A program made the position numbers and the translations under genes. The notes beneath the pieces were generated by a model that was given only the letters and a program-made list of their open reading frames with translations, searched no databases and was not told the DNA's origin. A stretch of 55,196 nucleotides of DNA, filler included, from Sluysia triapertura (taxonomy: Eukaryota): assembly GCA_046118255.1 (NCBI GenBank). It is 4 parts of 4 records of this genome, joined end to end, with 100 filler letters (N's around TTAATTAATTAA, not from the genome) between each part and the next. Parts side by side here need not be neighbours in the genome. Positions count along the whole stretch, not along the records: positions 44,151 to 55,196 come from JBJNIA010189653.1; 3 more parts are not named here. One strand, given 5' to 3'. Positions 51,948 to 55,196 of this stretch are shown in pieces. Position 1 is the first letter of the stretch. Every line of letters begins with the position of its first letter.

Positions 51948-52340
51948 TTAACCCATTCGATACCAAGCCTAAATTGTATGAAGTTATACGCTTTGCCATT
52001 TCTGTTTTGAGTGTTATTGTTTATCTAAGATTTATTATTTCAAGATAAATACACATTTTGTCATAAATAATCATTTACGTGTATAAAAATTGGAATACAA
52101 GACTCGACATCCTTTTTCTTATTTGCAAATGCGTTTAAGCAAAAAAACAAATCATGATTCACACAAATAGATGAAAGTAAAAAATATTTAAAAACGGGAC
52201 ACAATTTTCTGTAAATTTGCCAAGGTCTGTTGGAAGCTATCTTGATGCCTTTAGAAAGAATACAAACTCCACTACTCTTGTACTCTTGTACTCCATATGA
52301 TTTAAAATTCTACTCTTGATTTTATTGAAAACCACCGTAC
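51948..52340 (-). mobile_element. Possible piggyBac 3' end
   Basis: TTAA|CCCATTCG terminus at 51948-51959; minus-strand Cys-rich remnant RVQECGVC...LCPV...ICVNH...CLNAF like the piggyBac C-terminal domain. Confidence 0.35.
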
Positions 52341-52906
52341 TTCTTTACGATAAGAAATTATAATAGGTGTTTTTTATTTAATCTTTGTATAAATTTAATC
52401 CTATATTATTCATTTTTATCCTACTTATATTTGTAAATAGGATATCATTATTATTTTATTATTATTACAGTATTATTAATAAAGATTATTGTTTTATTGT
52501 TCTTGTTATTGTTACTTTATTATTAATGTATTATTAATTAATGCATATCTGATTTGTATTTTGTCTTTTGTCTGTATGTCTTATCACAATCATTTGTCAC
52601 GCTGTATGTACAAAGTAATTTTTTGTAGTTTTATGATGATTGTATTTTGTATATTTTAATGATTATGTCAAATTAATATATAATGCTAGGTGTTTTTCTT
52701 AATACAAAAACCTAACTTACAGCAAAATAATTTATTATTCTGAGTCCGTTTATAGCATACGACTTACTAATGGCGTACCTGTAAAAATTACGTGAAACCA
52801 ATTATTAAGATTAATCGTATAAAAATACTATTTGCCTTAACTTAAACAATAATGGCAAAATCAAGAGACGGGGGAGGAGGCGAATTACAGTTTGGGTATG
52901 AAAGGA

Positions 52907-53074
52907 GTGTGATATAAGAAGGTATATATAATTAATTATCAATTAAATTAGTTTGGGATATATTAGTTAGTTGGTTGAAAAAAGGTAAAACTACTTTATT
53001 TACAACGCTATGAAAAGAATGAAACTTGTTGGTTTAGAATATGACCCTTTGTGGGTGGGGGTCAGCCATCACAC
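52907..53074 (-). repeat. Short (168 bp) solo-LTR-like insertion
   Basis: Inverted termini GTGTGAT...ATCACAC, flanks AAGGA/AAGGT (TSD-like, 4/5), minus-strand AATAAA, internal hairpin TGACCC..GGGTCA. Confidence 0.35.
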
Positions 53075-53262
53075 AAGGTCAATTATTACATAACCAACTC
53101 GCTTAATATTATTTAAACCTTGATAAATAGATGGGCTCTATAACGAAGAAAAGCATAAAATTTATGAACCTGCACCAAAAAATTGGTCGCAAGTGCAGCG
53201 AAAAGAATGATCATTAATACATAATGATGGAAAGAAGTTTCATTATTACAATTATTATCTCT

Positions 53263-55196
53263 TTAAATATTTTGATGTAAATTTAGATTAAAATTATTTT
53301 TAATGGAAATATTATTTAACGATTTTGAATCAGTCTTATCACTTAAAATTGGTATACTTAATGATTTTATGTCGTTTTTATCCCTAGTAGTTGACTTACT
53401 TAATTGTATTTCCTGAAACTTATCTATAATCAGAATCCTTAAATCATATGTTCTAATGTTAGGCCAGAAACCTAATGTATCTTCTGTTTCAGTAATTCGG
53501 TAAGCTGATAAGTGAAATAATTTGATACTTGAATGAGGGGCAATTAACTCATAGTGCAACCCATTGTATAACTCGTAGGTAATAATAATTGTATTACTTA
53601 CTATATGAACAATATCACCATCGTAACGATAAATAGTCAATGGAAATTCAACGGTTATTGATGTTTTCAGAGTTGTAGAAAATCCTTGAAAAGCGATTGG
53701 TTTGGTCCGAATTTTATGTTTCTGTGCTAATATATTAATTTCGAGTTATGTGTCAGTTCATATTCGAATCCTAAAATGAGTGTAACTTGAAATAATTGAT
53801 ACTCGAATAAGTCTTCACATGCTATCTTCCAATAAAAAACGTTGTGTCGGTAATGTGAAAGTCAGTTCCACACCAACTTTGAAGACAACATTTCATAGTA
53901 ACATTAACTATTTTTGCATTGCTCAGATTATTAGTAGCATAAATATCTTTTTGATTCTAGAGTAATTCGAGGTTGGTTATGCTTTGATATTAATCCTATC
54001 ATAGGAGTATTTTTGGCAACGCTTGTATGTCCGAAATATATGTTAAGCAGATACAAGCCACTAAAGTAGATCGTAAATTCGTTAATGGCATTCCGTTAAA
54101 CGCAAATGGATAATATCCTTCTATATCATTTTCGTATATAAGAGAAGGTGATGGTAATATCCCTGGTGGTGGATTAAAGTCAAAATGATGTAGTGCAGTA
54201 CAATGATCATCATTGTCCTTATGAGATGGTACATTCGAATAAGAACATTTATTCATGATAAATATTGTGATTAAAACAAATATAAAAATTAATGCAATTA
54301 TAAGAATTATCGCAATTGCGATCATTATCCTTAATATGTAATCATTTCTCAACATGTCAAATATTGTCGGGGTGTTTTTCGTACCTCTCAAAGCGAAATG
54401 CAAACATTCGATTTTCTTAGATGACAAATAGATTCGTGCTATTATGTGGCGTTCTTCATTATCTAGAAGGTATTCATGTGATATTCAGAAATAATCCAAG
54501 TGCTAAAACTGATTCGAGCCGGACGTAGACATGGAAATTGAATTCGAATATTACTATATAACAACTTAACTTTTACTTCTGTACCAGAGTTATAAAATTC
54601 GAAATACTCAGATTTGTAAGATTGACGGTTACATTATGCAACTGAAATTATCGTTAACAATGCTATGGGTAATAAATTATGTTTAATCCTATGAGTTCTC
54701 GAAAGATTGCTATATGCAATAAAATATACTATAGTTCCTATAACATATATTACAGCGAATAATGTCAGCATAATAAATAAACGTTTACTGGTTTTTCATT
54801 CCGTTTTTCGAATGATTTTTTCCTTAATGCAGCTGTCTTAAATGTTGAATTACAATCTAATTTCCCATTATTATTTTGTTTTGTGACATTCATATGTAAC
54901 TCATTATCGTGTTTCAATTTTTGTATGAAGTTTTGTACTACTTGCGTGTTTTCAGTATTATCTATTGTGAACGCTATTAACATAGGTCGATAAGCGTAAT
55001 GCAAACAATGTGGAACATTATCTATATGATGTGGTTTTCCTATAAGTAATGAATTGAAGTACATACAATAGATTTCAAACGTATGTCTTAAAATAATTCT
55101 CTTAGAAACGAATTCCATTTTCCAATCATGATTATAAATATTTGTAATTTCTATTTTTTGATTTCGTCCGTCATTAATTGCGATATTCATATTTCT
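53263..55196 (-). pseudogene. Decayed intronless multi-membrane, glycoprotein-like polyprotein (possible endogenous viral element or env)
   Basis: Consecutive minus-strand ORF pieces with alternating ectodomain / TM / signal-peptide-like segments and several N-x-S/T sequons. Continues beyond the window. Confidence 0.5.

Overview
Very AT-rich eukaryotic (probably invertebrate) scaffold window with 38-43 nt spliceosomal introns and three artificial 100-bp scaffold linkers (N44-TTAATTAATTAA-N44). It is dominated by nested, decayed transposable elements. (1) A Ty3/Gypsy element (663-5200, +) has the order LTR-gag-linker-[signal peptide + chuvirus/Monjiviricetes-like fusion glycoprotein]-RT-RNaseH-integrase, i.e. 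an env-like gene between gag and pol. (2) A Ulp1-protease-encoding NeSL/LIN-type non-LTR retrotransposon (about 11588-15300, -) has its 3' end joined to the 3' half of a tRNA-Ala gene at the anticodon loop. (3) A CsRN1-clade Gypsy (about 36439-40900, +) has a duplicated CHCC knuckle and an intact -1 frameshift signal. Also present are four copies of a 1.6-kb TGTTGG...CCAACA LTR-like repeat, L2/CR1 3' ends, and hAT, Tc1 and piggyBac scraps. Host-like genes are a divergent amphiphysin/BIN1-like gene (-) head-to-head with an unknown spliced gene (+), and several unexplained intronless ORFs. These include a 494-aa two-repeat ORF and a decayed multi-membrane, viral-glycoprotein-like polyprotein at the right edge. 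All family assignments come from motif recognition by eye; no database searches were run.
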